A stretch of DNA of 63,890 nt, counting the filler, from Xylographa opegraphella (taxonomy: Eukaryota): assembly GCA_022813865.1 (NCBI GenBank). It is 3 parts of 3 records of this genome, joined end to end, with 100 filler letters (N's around TTAATTAATTAA, not from the genome) between each part and the next. Parts side by side here need not be neighbours in the genome. Positions count along the whole stretch, not along the records: positions 1 to 28,032 come from JALDZX010000123.1; 2 more parts are not named here. One strand, given 5' to 3'. Every line of letters starts with the position of its first letter. Positions within the stretch are counted from its first letter, which is position 1. The notes beneath the pieces were generated by a model, which saw nothing but the letters and a program-made list of their open reading frames with translations, was not told where the DNA came from and ran no database searches. Below are positions 1 through 12,787 of this stretch, one piece after another. The translations under genes and the position numbers were made by a program.

Positions 1-59
1 ACGCGCTTTAGTCCCGTTCCGTCTATCACTTGTTAAGGTGCCATGTAACACGCCGTTAC
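1..59. mobile_element. End of a family A LTR, cut by the window edge
   Basis: Near-identical to the last 59 nt of 12558-12787 and ends in ...gccgttaca. Confidence 0.9.
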
Positions 60-594
60 AAATACGTATTGTTTTACTCTGGGTTAAATCGACGCGTTTT
101 TAATAAATATTTTATTTTTTATATATTTAATTTTATTAATATTCCTCGAACGATCGACGATATTAAATTTAATAAAAAAATGCTTTTTTCGAGTTGTAAT
201 CAAAATATTTATAAAAAATAAAAAATATAATAATTTTTCGCCTTAATTTAAAATTATTCTTAACTATTTAAAATAAGTTTATAATATATTAAAAAAATGT
301 ATAACGTAACAAAATTTAGATTTAAATTTTTAAATTTTTTAAAAAATTTATTAATCGTAGCAATTGATTTTTTAATATATTATCACGTCGACGGCGTTTT
401 AATTCGCGGCGTATTATTTAATTTTTGTTTAATTTATTTTTCCAATAAAAAATACGACGCTACCGTTTTTATTTAATTTAAAAATATAATTTATAATACG
501 TATTACGACGTTAATTAATTTTATTTTGTTAATAAATAAAAAAATAACGTATCGATAAAAATAAAATACGTTATAATAAAATAATTAACGATAA

Positions 595-762
595 TATGGA
601 GTGAGCGCCTGACTACAAAATCTGTAATCATGTAATAATATGAAAAAACTGAATTGTAATTATGAAAAAGGTTCATTTATATAATGACTCGCTAAAATGT
701 GCAAATAAAGTAAAAAAAGAAGTATAAATCAAATTAAAATTCAAAACCCAGAACTCGTGACA
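595..762. mobile_element. RIP-degraded LTR, family G
   Basis: Aligns by eye along its whole length with 62953-63128 (tatggagtgagcg...ctcgtgaca). No TSD is visible for this copy. Confidence 0.65.
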
Positions 763-920
763 TTTTATTATTTAATGAATTCAAAATATATATATTTAAA
801 CTCAATTTCGCGTAATATTAAAATTTTATCGTTAAATTACGACCTTTAATTTAATTAAAAAATAAAAGCGTTATTTTATTTTTTATTTTTTACTTTTTAT
901 TTCATTAAAATTATAAATTA

Positions 921-1120
921 AGTTGAAATGAATGGGTGGAATCAGTATGGTGGAACCAGTGCTTCATTGAACTACCTGTCAAGATGCATAAGAAGGCTGC
1001 TTTCTTCTTAAGGAAGAAAGCTCCCTNNNNNNNNNNTACGCTAGTCTAGAAGCAGGTTAGCGTCTATATTGCCTGCAGGCAACATAGAGGGCATTCTGCC
1101 AGGCAACGCTATTTTCAACA
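921..1120 (-). mobile_element. Solo LTR of the Copia family (D), largely unmutated
   Basis: AATTA TSD at 916-920 and 1121-1125. Homologous to the LTRs at 3456, 4208/17043 and 23291 that flank Copia coding remnants. Confidence 0.85.
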
Positions 1121-1550
1121 AATTATATAATTAAAAAAATTCGAATCAAAATAGCAAAAAAAATTAATATTACGGGAAATTAAATTTAAACATAATTGCT
1201 CTTGGTTTATTAATAAGTAAAGCATTAACCCGCAGGGGTTTAGCGCCTCACACGTTTGAGGTACTCAGGCAACTCAGATGTGTTTGCTCCTAACTTGTTA
1301 TTCAGCAGAGTATGAGTACTAACCCAGAGTGGCTTAGTGCACCCCGTCTGAGGCACCGAGGCAATTAAGATTTAGTGGAATCAAGATCTTAGCGAAACGC
1401 ACTTAAAGCTCGACCAAATTGAAACGTTCAATTTTGGTAACAGCTACTTCGGAGTCACGCTTTACTCCCACGACTGTATCGTGAGTAAAGGTTTATCGGC
1501 AGATGCTGCGCTTTTCTGGGACTGATCATATTATCTAGTCTCCCACAATC

Positions 1551-2196
1551 ATGGTCAAGAAACGCGCCTCCAAGTATGCTCACGAGTTTCACGACGATAA
1601 CATACTCACATCTAACATTTTTCCAGTGGACGCAACAAGAAGGGTCGTGGTCATGTTAAGCCGATCCGATGCTCTAACTGCTCGCGATGTACCCCCAAAG
1701 ACAAGGCGATAAAGAGATTTACGATTCGCAATATGGTCGAATCAGCTGCCATACGTAAGTGTAACCCAACTTACTCTCATACATTTCAGCAGATATATCA
1801 TAAAAGGGAGCCATGATGGCTTGCAAAGCAGATTGGGGGAGAATGCTTGCCGCTAATGCATGAATTTGAACACAGGGGATATTTCAGATGCATCCGTCTT
1901 TCCCGAATACGCCGTTCCTAAGATGTACCTCAAGCTCCAATACTGTGTCTCCTGTGCTATTCATGGCAAGATTGTTCGGTAAGCCACGGCACATTTACTA
2001 TGCTCAAATTTGAAAATTGAAGGCAACTTTATAAATTTACACCACTTGTGTCCACGACTGTCCTGACTGTGGCCTCTACAGTGTTCGCTCCCGGGAAGGT
2101 CGCCGCAACCGAGCTCCTCCTCCAAGGGTCCGCTTCAACAAAGACGGAAAGAAGATTAACCCCCAGCAAGCGGCGGCCAAGACCACACAGGCATAA
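1551..2196 (+). CDS. RPS26: 40S ribosomal protein S26 (eS26), 4 exons: 1551-1573, 1627-1754, 1876-1978, 2082-2196
   Basis: Splicing at GT-AG introns gives [103 protein letters not shown]..., the eS26 signature. Confidence 0.97.
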
Positions 2197-3056
2197 AGGG
2201 CGATAAAGGGTCTGGAGTCCGTTGATTCTGTGCGCTGGATGCTATCGTAATATAGTTAACAAAGCACAGCCTTGCCAGTTAAGCAATTTATGCTGTAAAC
2301 AAAAACCGATCGACAACCATGCAGATGAAATCACTAGAATATGAATCAATACTGTGAATAGTTTCAATGTTCCTTAACCACTATTTACATTGATTTATTA
2401 AAGACGATTCACTTTCAAGCAAATAAATCAAAATAATTGTATAAATATATATATTCGTGACTGCACACGATTCAATATTATAAATCCTTTTTGTAATTAT
2501 AATTGCAGATTTCGAACTTGTCTGTGAAAATTCTGCCTGACAAAATTTAATAAATTTTTTCTTCAATCAAAAGAAAATATAAATAAAATTTTCAGCTTTG
2601 CAAATGATTGCTTATGATTATTTTACAATTGAAATTATTATAAACAAAATTGTTTAATAAAAATCAAAAATTTCATTATGAAAACTCGAATTTTTTTATT
2701 ATAAAAATCGAATTTATTAAACAATTGTCAAGCTTTGCTAAACGAAACGTATAAATTAATATTTTATATTATACGTAAGAGAAATATTAATAAGTTATAA
2801 ATAATTTATATGTGAATGAAGATTATTACATTATATTATATTATGAAAAATTATTTGAATTAATTTTGAAAAAAATAAACGAGATTATAATTTCGTATAA
2901 ATAAAATTTCAGTAAAAAAATCACGCACGAATGATGAATTATATAATTGAAAATAACGTTTCGCGAATAATACTCGTTAATATATATTATATTTATGATT
3001 TAATTTACGTATATTTTTTATTTATAATTATATTCGTTTACGTTTACGTTTAGTTA

Positions 3057-3135
3057 ATATTATATATACGATATTATATATACGATATTATATATACGAT
3101 ATTATATATACGATATTATATATACGATATTATAA
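3057..3135. repeat. Tandem repeat, 14-bp unit ATATTATATATACG, about 5 copies
   Basis: Read directly. Confidence 0.85.
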
Positions 3136-3455
3136 TTTTTATATTTAAATCGCCGTATTTTCCATATTATTATAATTTATTAAAATAATTTAATATTCAT
3201 TCAATTCAATTGTTTATGACAAGAAAATTCAACGTGAAAAATTTTCTCGTTAAATTTATAACGCTGTGAAATGTTAAAACTTTCTGAAATTAATTTTGAA
3301 TAAGGAATAAAATATTGATCAAAACGAAATAATTTGCGTTATTAACGATCGAATTTCGATTCAAAATTTTATTGAAAAAATCACGATATAATAAAATTTT
3401 ATAACGATATTAATTCGAATTTTTTATAATTCAATTTTGATAAAATATTATTAAA

Positions 3456-4207
3456 AGTTGAAATGAATGAGTGAAATCAATATAATGAAATCAATATTTT
3501 ATTAAATTATTTATTAAAATGCGTAAAGAAATTCCTGTTTTGGATAAAATTTCGTTATATACGATTACGTTAATTTAGAAACAAATTAACGTTTATATTA
3601 TTTTTAAATAATATAAAAAGTATTTTGTTAAATAACGTTATTTTTAAAATTTTTGTTTAATGCTTATTAAATCGCCTAATTTCATTATTTTTAAAATTTA
3701 ATAAAATAATGAGTTTAATTAATCGTTTGATTAATTCGTCTGTGATTATATTTTACGTAAATTTATTTTAATTTTAATTTTAATTTTTTTTAATAAAATA
3801 ATAAATAATATATTTCGATTTTTCGTGAATATAAATATTTTCAATTAATGTTGTTTATATTTAATTTCTTTTAATTATATCGACGAATTTTTTAATATTA
3901 ATTGTTTTTTATAATATTAATTGTTTTTCATAATATTAATTGTTTTTTATAATACTAATAGTATTTAAATCAATATTTAAATATGTGCTGTAGTCGAGAT
4001 TTTTAAATAATTAAATAATTTTAAGGTTTTCTTTCGCGTAGCTCGACAGAGTTATATATTTAATTTTAATAATTAAAATAAATATCGATTTTTGTTTTTA
4101 ACTTATTCAGGCAATTAATTTTTTATTCAATATACATACGTTTTAAAGAATAAATCTTTGATTTTATTTATTTATTATATAATTAAAATTGAAATAATTA
4201 ATAAAAT
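3456..4207 (-). mobile_element. Ty1/Copia 3' fragment: 3' LTR (~3456-3649) plus RNase H remnant, interrupted at 4207
   Basis: Minus strand carries degraded EYMALSSCAKE, H-x2-SKHI and ADGLTK-like motifs. Colinear with 23291-24040. Confidence 0.8.
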
Positions 4208-4962
4208 TGTTGGAAATAACGTCGCTGTAAAACGCAGGGTTCGAAATGGCGTTCGATCTGTTTATATCCCTGCCTGCTTGTCGATTAATATTTTAAACGT
4301 GGTTTCCGGCTGCTCGTGTTCTGGGCGTGGCTTCCTGTTTAAAAAGTTTAATATATATATAATTAAAATCTGCGATCCTGAACGTTTTTTTTAATTTTAA
4401 TTCAATAAATTAAATACGTATTGCACCTTACGTTTAAACTTTATATTTTATATATTCAAACTTTTCGTAATAATCGCTCGGTCAAGCAAGCGTATTTTTA
4501 TTTCTTTTTTCGCTTTATTTTTAACGTTTACGCTTAATTCGTACAATACTATCGTCGATACGTATTTAAATTGCTGTTATTTTTTAAGCAAATATAAATA
4601 AAATAATTATATTCGATTTTATAGTCGATAACGAGGTAAATATACTACGAAACGACTTTTTTAGTCGAGAGAATTATATTAAAAAATTCGCTCCCAATAT
4701 TACGATTATATTTAAAAAAAAGTTTAAATTTAAACCCAATCGACGTTTGTAAATTTAACAGTAATAGCGATAAATTAAATACTTTTAAAAAAGTTTAAAA
4801 TAATTATTTATTCGAATTACGCGTGTAAATACTATTAATATTATTTAATAAATTTAATTGAATACGTATATATATACGATTGTTATATATAGACGAGTTT
4901 ATATTATCGAACCCCGATAAATATTTATTCGTATTAAAATATATTTAAGAATTCGCGTTTGG

Positions 4963-5104
4963 CGAAATTAATTTAAATCGAAATTAATTTAAATCGAAAT
5001 TAATTTAAATCGAAATTAATTTAAATCGAAATTAATTTAAATCGAAATTAATTTAAATCGAAATTAATTTAAATCGAAATTAATTTAAATCGAAATTAAT
5101 TTAA
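4963..5104. repeat. Tandem repeat, 16-bp unit CGAAATTAATTTAAAT, about 9 copies, inside element E
   Basis: Read directly. Confidence 0.9.
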
Positions 5105-8100
5105 AGTATAATTTACTATATAATCGAGAAAGTCTAAAAGTATTTTAGTAAATAACGAAACTTAATTATATAACATATATATATTTTTTATATATTTTAT
5201 AAATATCTCCGCGACAGCCTTTTATTTTTTTAATAAATTTTAAATATCGAAGCATTAATTACTCAAGTATTATTATATTAAAATAAAAAATTATTAAAAA
5301 TTTCGTTTAATTTTATTGTTATTTTATTAATATAAACTTTTGAATCAGTACTGTCGTATAGCGGGTCAAAAAATTAGGACGTTTTTAAAATTTTATTCAA
5401 ATAATTTTTAATCTATAATAAAATTCAAGACTTAAAATTTTAATCAATAAATATAAAAAATAATTTCGAACGAAATTTACAAACGTTTTAATAAAATAAA
5501 GCTCGAATATTATACGCGTATAAAAGTTTAAAAATAGATAAATTAAAAAATATTAATAATAGTTTATTAAAATAATAGGATTTTATTTCACGAATATGTT
5601 ATAATATTATTTTAAATTTTAGATAGAAAAATACTACAGAAATTTTAATATAAATATAAATATAATAACGAAAGTTTAATATTATAATTTAGTTACAGCT
5701 CGAACCAATTAATTCGAGAGTTTATTAATTTTTTTAATTTTTTTTAAATAATATAATATAAAAAGACCAGGTCGTTTATATTACTTTTAAATTAAAATTA
5801 TCGAGTAAAATAGTAATTATACTATAGTTAGCTACTTTTGTTTAAATTATTTGTAAAATACGCTATTTTTGAGCAAATCGTACTTTGAATAAAAATAAAT
5901 TTAATATTAATAAATAATACGTTCGACAAAAAGCAGATAATACGTAAACGCGAAAAAATAAAAAAATAATTTCAATATTAATATTATTTAGTTAAGGGAA
6001 TAGTTTTTTTTACAATATAAACGTTTAATAAATAACGAACGCGATTATCGATGAAAAAATAATTTATATAATATATATAAATTTATTCAATATTTCGTTA
6101 ATAATTATAATATAAAGCCAAATAATTTTTCTGCGAGAAACGCTTCGCCGCGAAAGTAAAAACACCGTAAAAATACTTTTTTAATTTTAAATAATTTATA
6201 TTTAATAATTTTAATTAATTTATATTTAATAATTTTAATTAATTTATATTTAATAATTTTAATTAATTTATATTATTTTACTATTGAAATCTATACGTAA
6301 AGAATTATTTTAAAATGTTTAATTCATTGCGACGCAACGGCAAATTTTATTTTATATATATAAATTAATATATAAATTTTAAAGCTAATAAACCTAATAG
6401 CTCCCGCAGTTTAAAATTAAAAATTATAAATAATTATCATTTTATAATTATAAACCTTAAGGTAATTAAATACGAATAATTTTTTCGAGTATTAATTTTC
6501 TTAAAATACAATATCATTTTCGAGCTGTTATAAATTTATAGAAAAATAATTCGAAAATCGATTAAAAATCTCGAAATATTTTATTATAAAAAATCTTTTT
6601 ATTAATATTATTTATAAAAGTGAATATCGTACTACGTATTTTAAAATTTAACAATATAATAATAATAATATAAATCGGCGAACTCGATATCAAACCGTTT
6701 ATATTTTTTAAAAAATATATAAATTTCGTAAATATTTTCAGCGAATTTAAAATAGCTATATTATTTAAATATCGTTTTAAAATCGGTTATAAATTCTAAT
6801 ATTTATCAAATAATGTTTTTTGGTTTTTTATACAATTTCTTTAAATTAAAATTTTAAATATTGAAAGCTTATATCGATACGAATTTTGTAATAAAATATA
6901 TTAAAAAATTTATAAATTTAATAAACGCATTAATTCTTTTCGTACAAAAAAATAAAATTTTAAATTTATATATTAATTACCGCGGTTTAAATATAATTAT
7001 GATAAAGAATAAATACTTTTTGATTTTTAAATTAATCAATCGATTGTCGAAAGCTTGAAGTTTTATGCGTTTAAATTTAATCACGATATTTAATTTAATT
7101 CGAATTTAACGTAATGAAAAATGAATAACGGCGTTTTGAACGCGATATAAAAATTTCGAATATCATATTATATTTTTTTATTTTTATAATATTTTAGAAA
7201 TATTTTAATTATATATCGATATTATTTTACGATCGATAATTAATAAAACGACAATTGCGTATTTTAACAATATTTTAATATTTTTAAACGATTTTAAAAA
7301 TTACGTAAGAAACGTAAAAAGATATTCAATTTATTATATGAAAATGATTTTTATATAAAACTTTTAAAGTATTTATTTAATATTACATTTATTAATTTCT
7401 TAAAATTTGTAATTTTTACGTTTAATATATATATAAATCTTTTTCGAATTACTACGATATCGAATTAGCCCGTATCAGTATATTTAAAAAAATTTAATTT
7501 TTTTTAAATTTTACGAATTTTTTATTATAATAAAATCGCCAAAATTATAATCGATTTAATCAAAGAAATATTTTTTGTTATAATTATAGCAGCGCTGCTC
7601 GTATTTAAAAAAATTAAAAACGATATTTTGAGAAGTATTCTTTATTTTAATATTGTTTTTTTAAAAAAAATAACGTTTTATATATTGCGACGCAAGCTAT
7701 TTCGCGATTATAATTTTTTTAAAAGTAAAAAAATTAATATCGATATTTTATTCTATTTTATTTAAAAAAAAATTAATTGTTTTTAAGCTAAATTATATTA
7801 TAAAAAATAACGAACTTTTAAATATTATAGCAGTTTTTAAGGCCTGGAAACATTATTTTAAAAGCGTAAAAAAGTAAATTATAATATATAACGATTATAA
7901 TAATTTACGTACGTTTAATGTTATAATAAATTTATCGCGGCGATAAACGCGATAAATAAAATAATTTCGTTAATTTTAATTTCGTAATGTTATATATATT
8001 TAGTAAATTAAATTTAGCTAACGCACCCTTACGACGCGCGAATTATATAATTAATTTTATATTCAAAAAAGTTTATATTGTAACTTATTGTTACGATTCT

Positions 8101-8504
8101 GCTTCTCACTAGTATAGTTCGAATCGGGATCTGAGTTGGATTCGTCAATGAATGAATAGGAAGGCACAGTAACAGTTTAATTCTCCAAAAGTAATAATTT
8201 TCGTATAAAAGGTTTGTATTGAAGCCTATTATCCTAAGATTATAATATAAGTTGAACACGTCTTTTACAATAAAGGAAATCCTTCGCTTTATATAGAAGT
8301 CATGTTCTAAGATGACTCCCATGCCTTTCAAGGAGGCCACTGAGGCTAAGGGGTTACTCCTTCTATGCCTTTTACGGAGGCAGAGGAGGCAGCCGAAATA
8401 AGGTTCCTCCGACCCTTGTTCTACACAATATTGGTTAAAACCTTATCACTAGCTCCCCCCGCCAGATTCTTGCTCCGAGAGGATTCCAGCAGCTTTTCTG
8501 CATC

Positions 8505-9016
8505 ATGCCAAAGCACAAATTAACCAGCGTTCATCGCCGAAAAGTTCAGTCGCGAAGCATTTACGACAAAGGAAAATTCACGATGCATTCTTACGATTGC
8601 TGTATTAAGGAGTGTTCTTTTTGCGCCGTTTCTTTAAAGTCAGAGTTTTGCGCGAACTGTATCGAAGCTAAGGCCGATATTTTTTGATTGTTACCGAAGC
8701 CGATCGTCGTGATTTAAAAAAATAAAAGTATAAAGTAAAGCGTCGAGTGATTAAGTTAATAGAGGCTCTAGGCCGAGAGAAACGTCGGCTCCTTGATATC
8801 AAGGACAAGGAACGGGAGATGTTTCAACGCGAAATATTTAATATCGCGGCCCTGGAAGATGATGAGCGCCGAGAGGCAGAAGCCTCTACCAGCGGTTTCT
8901 GTGGGGTCCTTTCTCCTTCTCTTCTTTCTCCTGGGACTTTGGAAGCTCCTTCTTCTGAGATTCTTGCCCTGCTTGGTGATACTGTTGAAGAATTTCCCGG
9001 CAGTTCCCAAGGCTAG
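8505..9016 (+). pseudogene. Antisense extra ORF of the chromovirus: Zn2Cys6-like cluster plus charged helical region
   Basis: ORFs 8505-8687 and 8747-9016 join through a 1-nt frameshift near 8673 and one RIP-type TAA. Cysteine spacing is discussed in the findings. Confidence 0.6.
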
Positions 9017-9125
9017 TAAGTGGTTCCCAAGTGTTGTCCGATTCTGGGTATCCTTTCTATTTAACTAAATAGTTCTGACCTTGCTTATTCAGAATTATTT
9101 CTACCTTAGATTCCTGTTCTTCTTC
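8975..9125 (-). pseudogene. Chromodomain at the integrase C-terminus of element C
   Basis: Minus strand reads EEQESKVEIILNKQGQNYLVK*KGYPESDNTWEPLTSLGNCREIL, with TGG changed to TAG. This is the YLVKWKGY...NTWEP chromodomain motif. Confidence 0.9.
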
Positions 9126-12100
9126 CTTATTATATTGAAAAATTGTTTATACCGGGGTACTGGCGTCCGCAGATTCCAACAAGGATATATAGAACACTGG
9201 GTGTACTCTCGCATCTTTTGGCAGGTCGAGGAGGTAGTTGATTAATCCTTTGATTTATTTGATTAAGAATGGTCCGACCTTGACATAATCGAGTTTCTTG
9301 CTTCGATTTTTGCTAATTGTTAGATTTTTTGTAAAAAGGTATACTTTATCCCCCTCCTTTAGCTAAAATTTATTCTTGGTACTTTTATATCTTTTCGCAG
9401 CAACATTTTTGTTGCTTTGATCAATTTTCCTTAATAACGCCTCATGCGTTGTTTTCAAGTCTTTGGCTAATATTATTACTCTGTTTGTATTAGGTCCTGG
9501 CCTTCTGTTTTTAAACATTTATAAATGGTGTCCTTTGTTTACGAAAAAAGGCGACATCCCTGTTGTTACAGACTGCTTGTCGTTTAGTGCCAGTTGTTTT
9601 AAAAGCAATAATAACACTCAATTATTTTGTTTCGAATTTTAAAAGTGTTTTAGGTACACTTTCAAGCTTTGATTCATTCTTTTAATTAATTTATTTATTT
9701 ATGGATGATAAATTATTGACATTTTTAGTTTAACTTCTAGTTTAAACATTAAGGTTTTTTAGAAATTAAATATAAATAATTTGTTTCTATCGAAAGTTAT
9801 TCCAGCTGGGAAACTATGATCTTTTACAAATTTGTTTAATAAAAGGAAAGCCAACTGTTTTATTATAAATATTTCTTTAAAGGGTATAATAATGGAGTAC
9901 TTTGTAAGTTTATCTATAAGTACCATTATTGAGTTATACTTTAATCCTGTAGTTGGATTCTCTGACTTTGGCAATTTCGTAATAAAGTCGATCAAAATCT
10001 GTTCCCATGGTTTATTTAGTATTTCTAAAAATTAAATGTTTCCATATACTGCGTGTCTTGTTGATTTGTTTTTCTAACACAGTATGCATTTCTTAATATA
10101 TTCCTCCACATGTTTTCTTATGTATAGAAATTCATAGTTTCTTTTTATAAGTTCCATCGTTTTGATAACTCCTGGATGGCCGTTGACCGGTCCATCGTAA
10201 TAATGTTTGATTATTTCTTCTGCTAACGACCCCGTTAAATCTTTTATAATCGTTTTTATCTCGAAAGCTGCGATCTGCCTCGTAGAAATAAAAGCTCCAC
10301 TGCTATCTTTTTTAAACAGGGCCCCATTCATTGATTCTTTATTTATAAGGTCTCTTCTTCTGCTGAATACATTTACTCTTCCATTGTCTTTGCCTGGTGT
10401 ATATATAATCTTGAATTTATACTATTTTAATAGTTCTGCCCATCGTACTTGTTTTTTAGAGTATTTTTGTCGTAATAAAGCTTAACAGATTTTTGTAGTC
10501 TATATAAATAGTAAGATTAAAACAGTTTTTTACAGACACTTTTCAGTTTTGAATAAATATTATTATAGCAAGTAGTTTTTTATCGTAAATATCATAGTTT
10601 TGTTCTGCTTGTAATATCTTTTTTTTAAATAATATGCAATTAAATGCCATTTCCCATCTTGCATTTACAATAGGCATGCCTTTATGGCTAGGTTTAATAC
10701 GTTTGTTTCTATTCTGACAGGTTCTTTTACTTGGAATGTCATTAAAATTGGTAGTTTTGCACAATTTTTTTTCAGAATATTAAGGGCTCGTTGTTGATCC
10801 GAATCCCATTTGAAGCTCACAATTTTATATATTAAATTCGTTAAGAGTATCGCCTTTTTGGAATAATCTTTGATAAAAGTTCTATTAAAGTTTGCAAATC
10901 CTAGAAATTTTAGAACCTCCTTTGTTATTATTGATTAAGGCCATTCAAGTATGGCTTTTATTTTCTTTAAATTTATCTTGATTCCATTTTTGCTGATTAT
11001 AAATTCTAAGAAAATTACCTCGTCTTTGCTAAATTCATATTTTTCTAGTTTAAGAAGTAACTCTGTTTTTCCCAAGCATGTAAGTACTTCCTGTACATAT
11101 TTTATATATTCTTTTACTAATTCCGAGTAAATAAGTATGTCGTTTAAATAGATTATTACTGTTAAATCCAAGTATACCTTTAATACGTTGTTGATCAGAG
11201 TTTAATAAATAACAGATGTATTAATTAACCCAAAAGGCATAATTTAGTACTTATAGTATTTATATCTGCTTCAAAATACAGTTTTTCATTGCTTTTCTTC
11301 TTTTATTTTAATTAGGTTGTATGCGCCCCTAAGAATAAACTTGGTAAAAACCTTGGCTTTGTCAAGTTTATCTTGCATGTTATTGATTTTCGGTAGCGAA
11401 TATGGATTTTTAATGGTAATATCGTTCAAATTTCGATAATCGATGCAAGGTTTCAAACTTCCGTCTTTCTTAGGTACAAACATTATAGAATATTCTGCTA
11501 AGGATTTTGATTCGTGTATAAATTCTTTCTTCAGGCTTTCGTCAATATATTTACAAAACTCCTGAAGTTCTCTTTTTAATATATTATATATAGATTTAAA
11601 TATTGACTCCTTTCCTGGTTCGAGATTAATCTTACAGTCCCAAGATTGATATTTAAATAAAGTATTGAGTTCTTACTTTTCCCAAAAAAGCCATATTCAT
11701 GCTTTATATTTTTTAGGAATGTCAAAAGATGCGTTGCTTTTTTTAAACTTTAATTTAATTCGCTCTGCTAACCCTTACTAGTGCGTATCGAGTCGAACTC
11801 TCGAGTAAAATCGTTTTTATTTAAAAATAAAATTTCCATAATCTCGATCGATTTTTAATTTTTTTTTATTTATTATCGTTCTCTGCCGATGTATAGAATA
11901 TATATCAATAACGCGATTAATATATTTCTTGGTAAATACTCCTTTATTCTAATCTAGGAATATATTGTGCTTGATCCACCAAGATAAATTTAGAATAATA
12001 TAGTACCTGGCCATAATAATTATATCAAAGACTATCTCTTTATAATGTTAATGAATAGCGACAGAAAACGGCCTTGTATATCGTTTCCCCCCCTTTTTTA

Positions 12101-12557
12101 ATGACCCGTCGGCCATTGTTATTTGAATCTGATTTAAAATTGATAATTCGAAGCTACAGCTTTTCGCGAAAGTGCTGAACATATAATTTAAATTGACTTT
12201 AATGTTTAATAATGCGATTGTTCGATGCCCGTTTATTATAATCGAAATCTTTTAAAAATTTATATAATTTAGTTCTTTCCAGCGTATCTTGAGGTATATT
12301 ATAATAATCTTTATATATTTCCCTTTAATATATAGGATTATTTTTTCCCTATTCGAGGTAGCCGTGAATTTCTTTAATTTCTATATATATTATATATTTC
12401 CTCTAGAAATATTATTATTATAACGAATTCCCGTAGTCGCTTCTTTCTGAACGAGTTTCGTATATAATTAAATTATGGCAGAATTCTTGCGTATATCCTG
12501 GAAAGTTTAAATATTTTCGTTTTTCTTTTAAATATCAAGGGCATTTATCTTTAAGAT

Positions 12558-12787
12558 TGTTACGGCTCGCTATCTCACCCGAAAAGCAGGCCTAGAACCA
12601 CAGCTATAGGTGAGCGATTTCAACCTAGAATAATACAAGGAAGCAAGTTTAGTAATACACGTAGAAGTTAAAATAAACAGTGCTAACGCCAGGCTCCTAA
12701 CCGCTTTCGAACTAGCCTGAGTCCCGGACGCGCTTTAGTCCCGTTCCGTCTATCACTTATTAAGGTGCCATGTAACACGCCGTTACA
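12558..12787. mobile_element. Solo LTR, family A, nested in element C
   Basis: TG...CA ends and AAGAT TSD (12553-12557, 12788-12792). Confidence 0.93.

Noticed and set aside
4963..5104. Regular short repeats as a possible CRISPR array (also 3057-3135 and 63424-63600)
   Set aside because: The units are head-to-tail with no unique spacers, the context is eukaryotic, and there are no cas genes.
30..7058. Short I/K/N/F/Y-rich ORFs in the AT block (30-221, 2381-2566, 4158-4394, 6861-7058)
   Set aside because: They are chance frames or degraded retroelement fragments. 6861-7058 is an RT remnant of element E.
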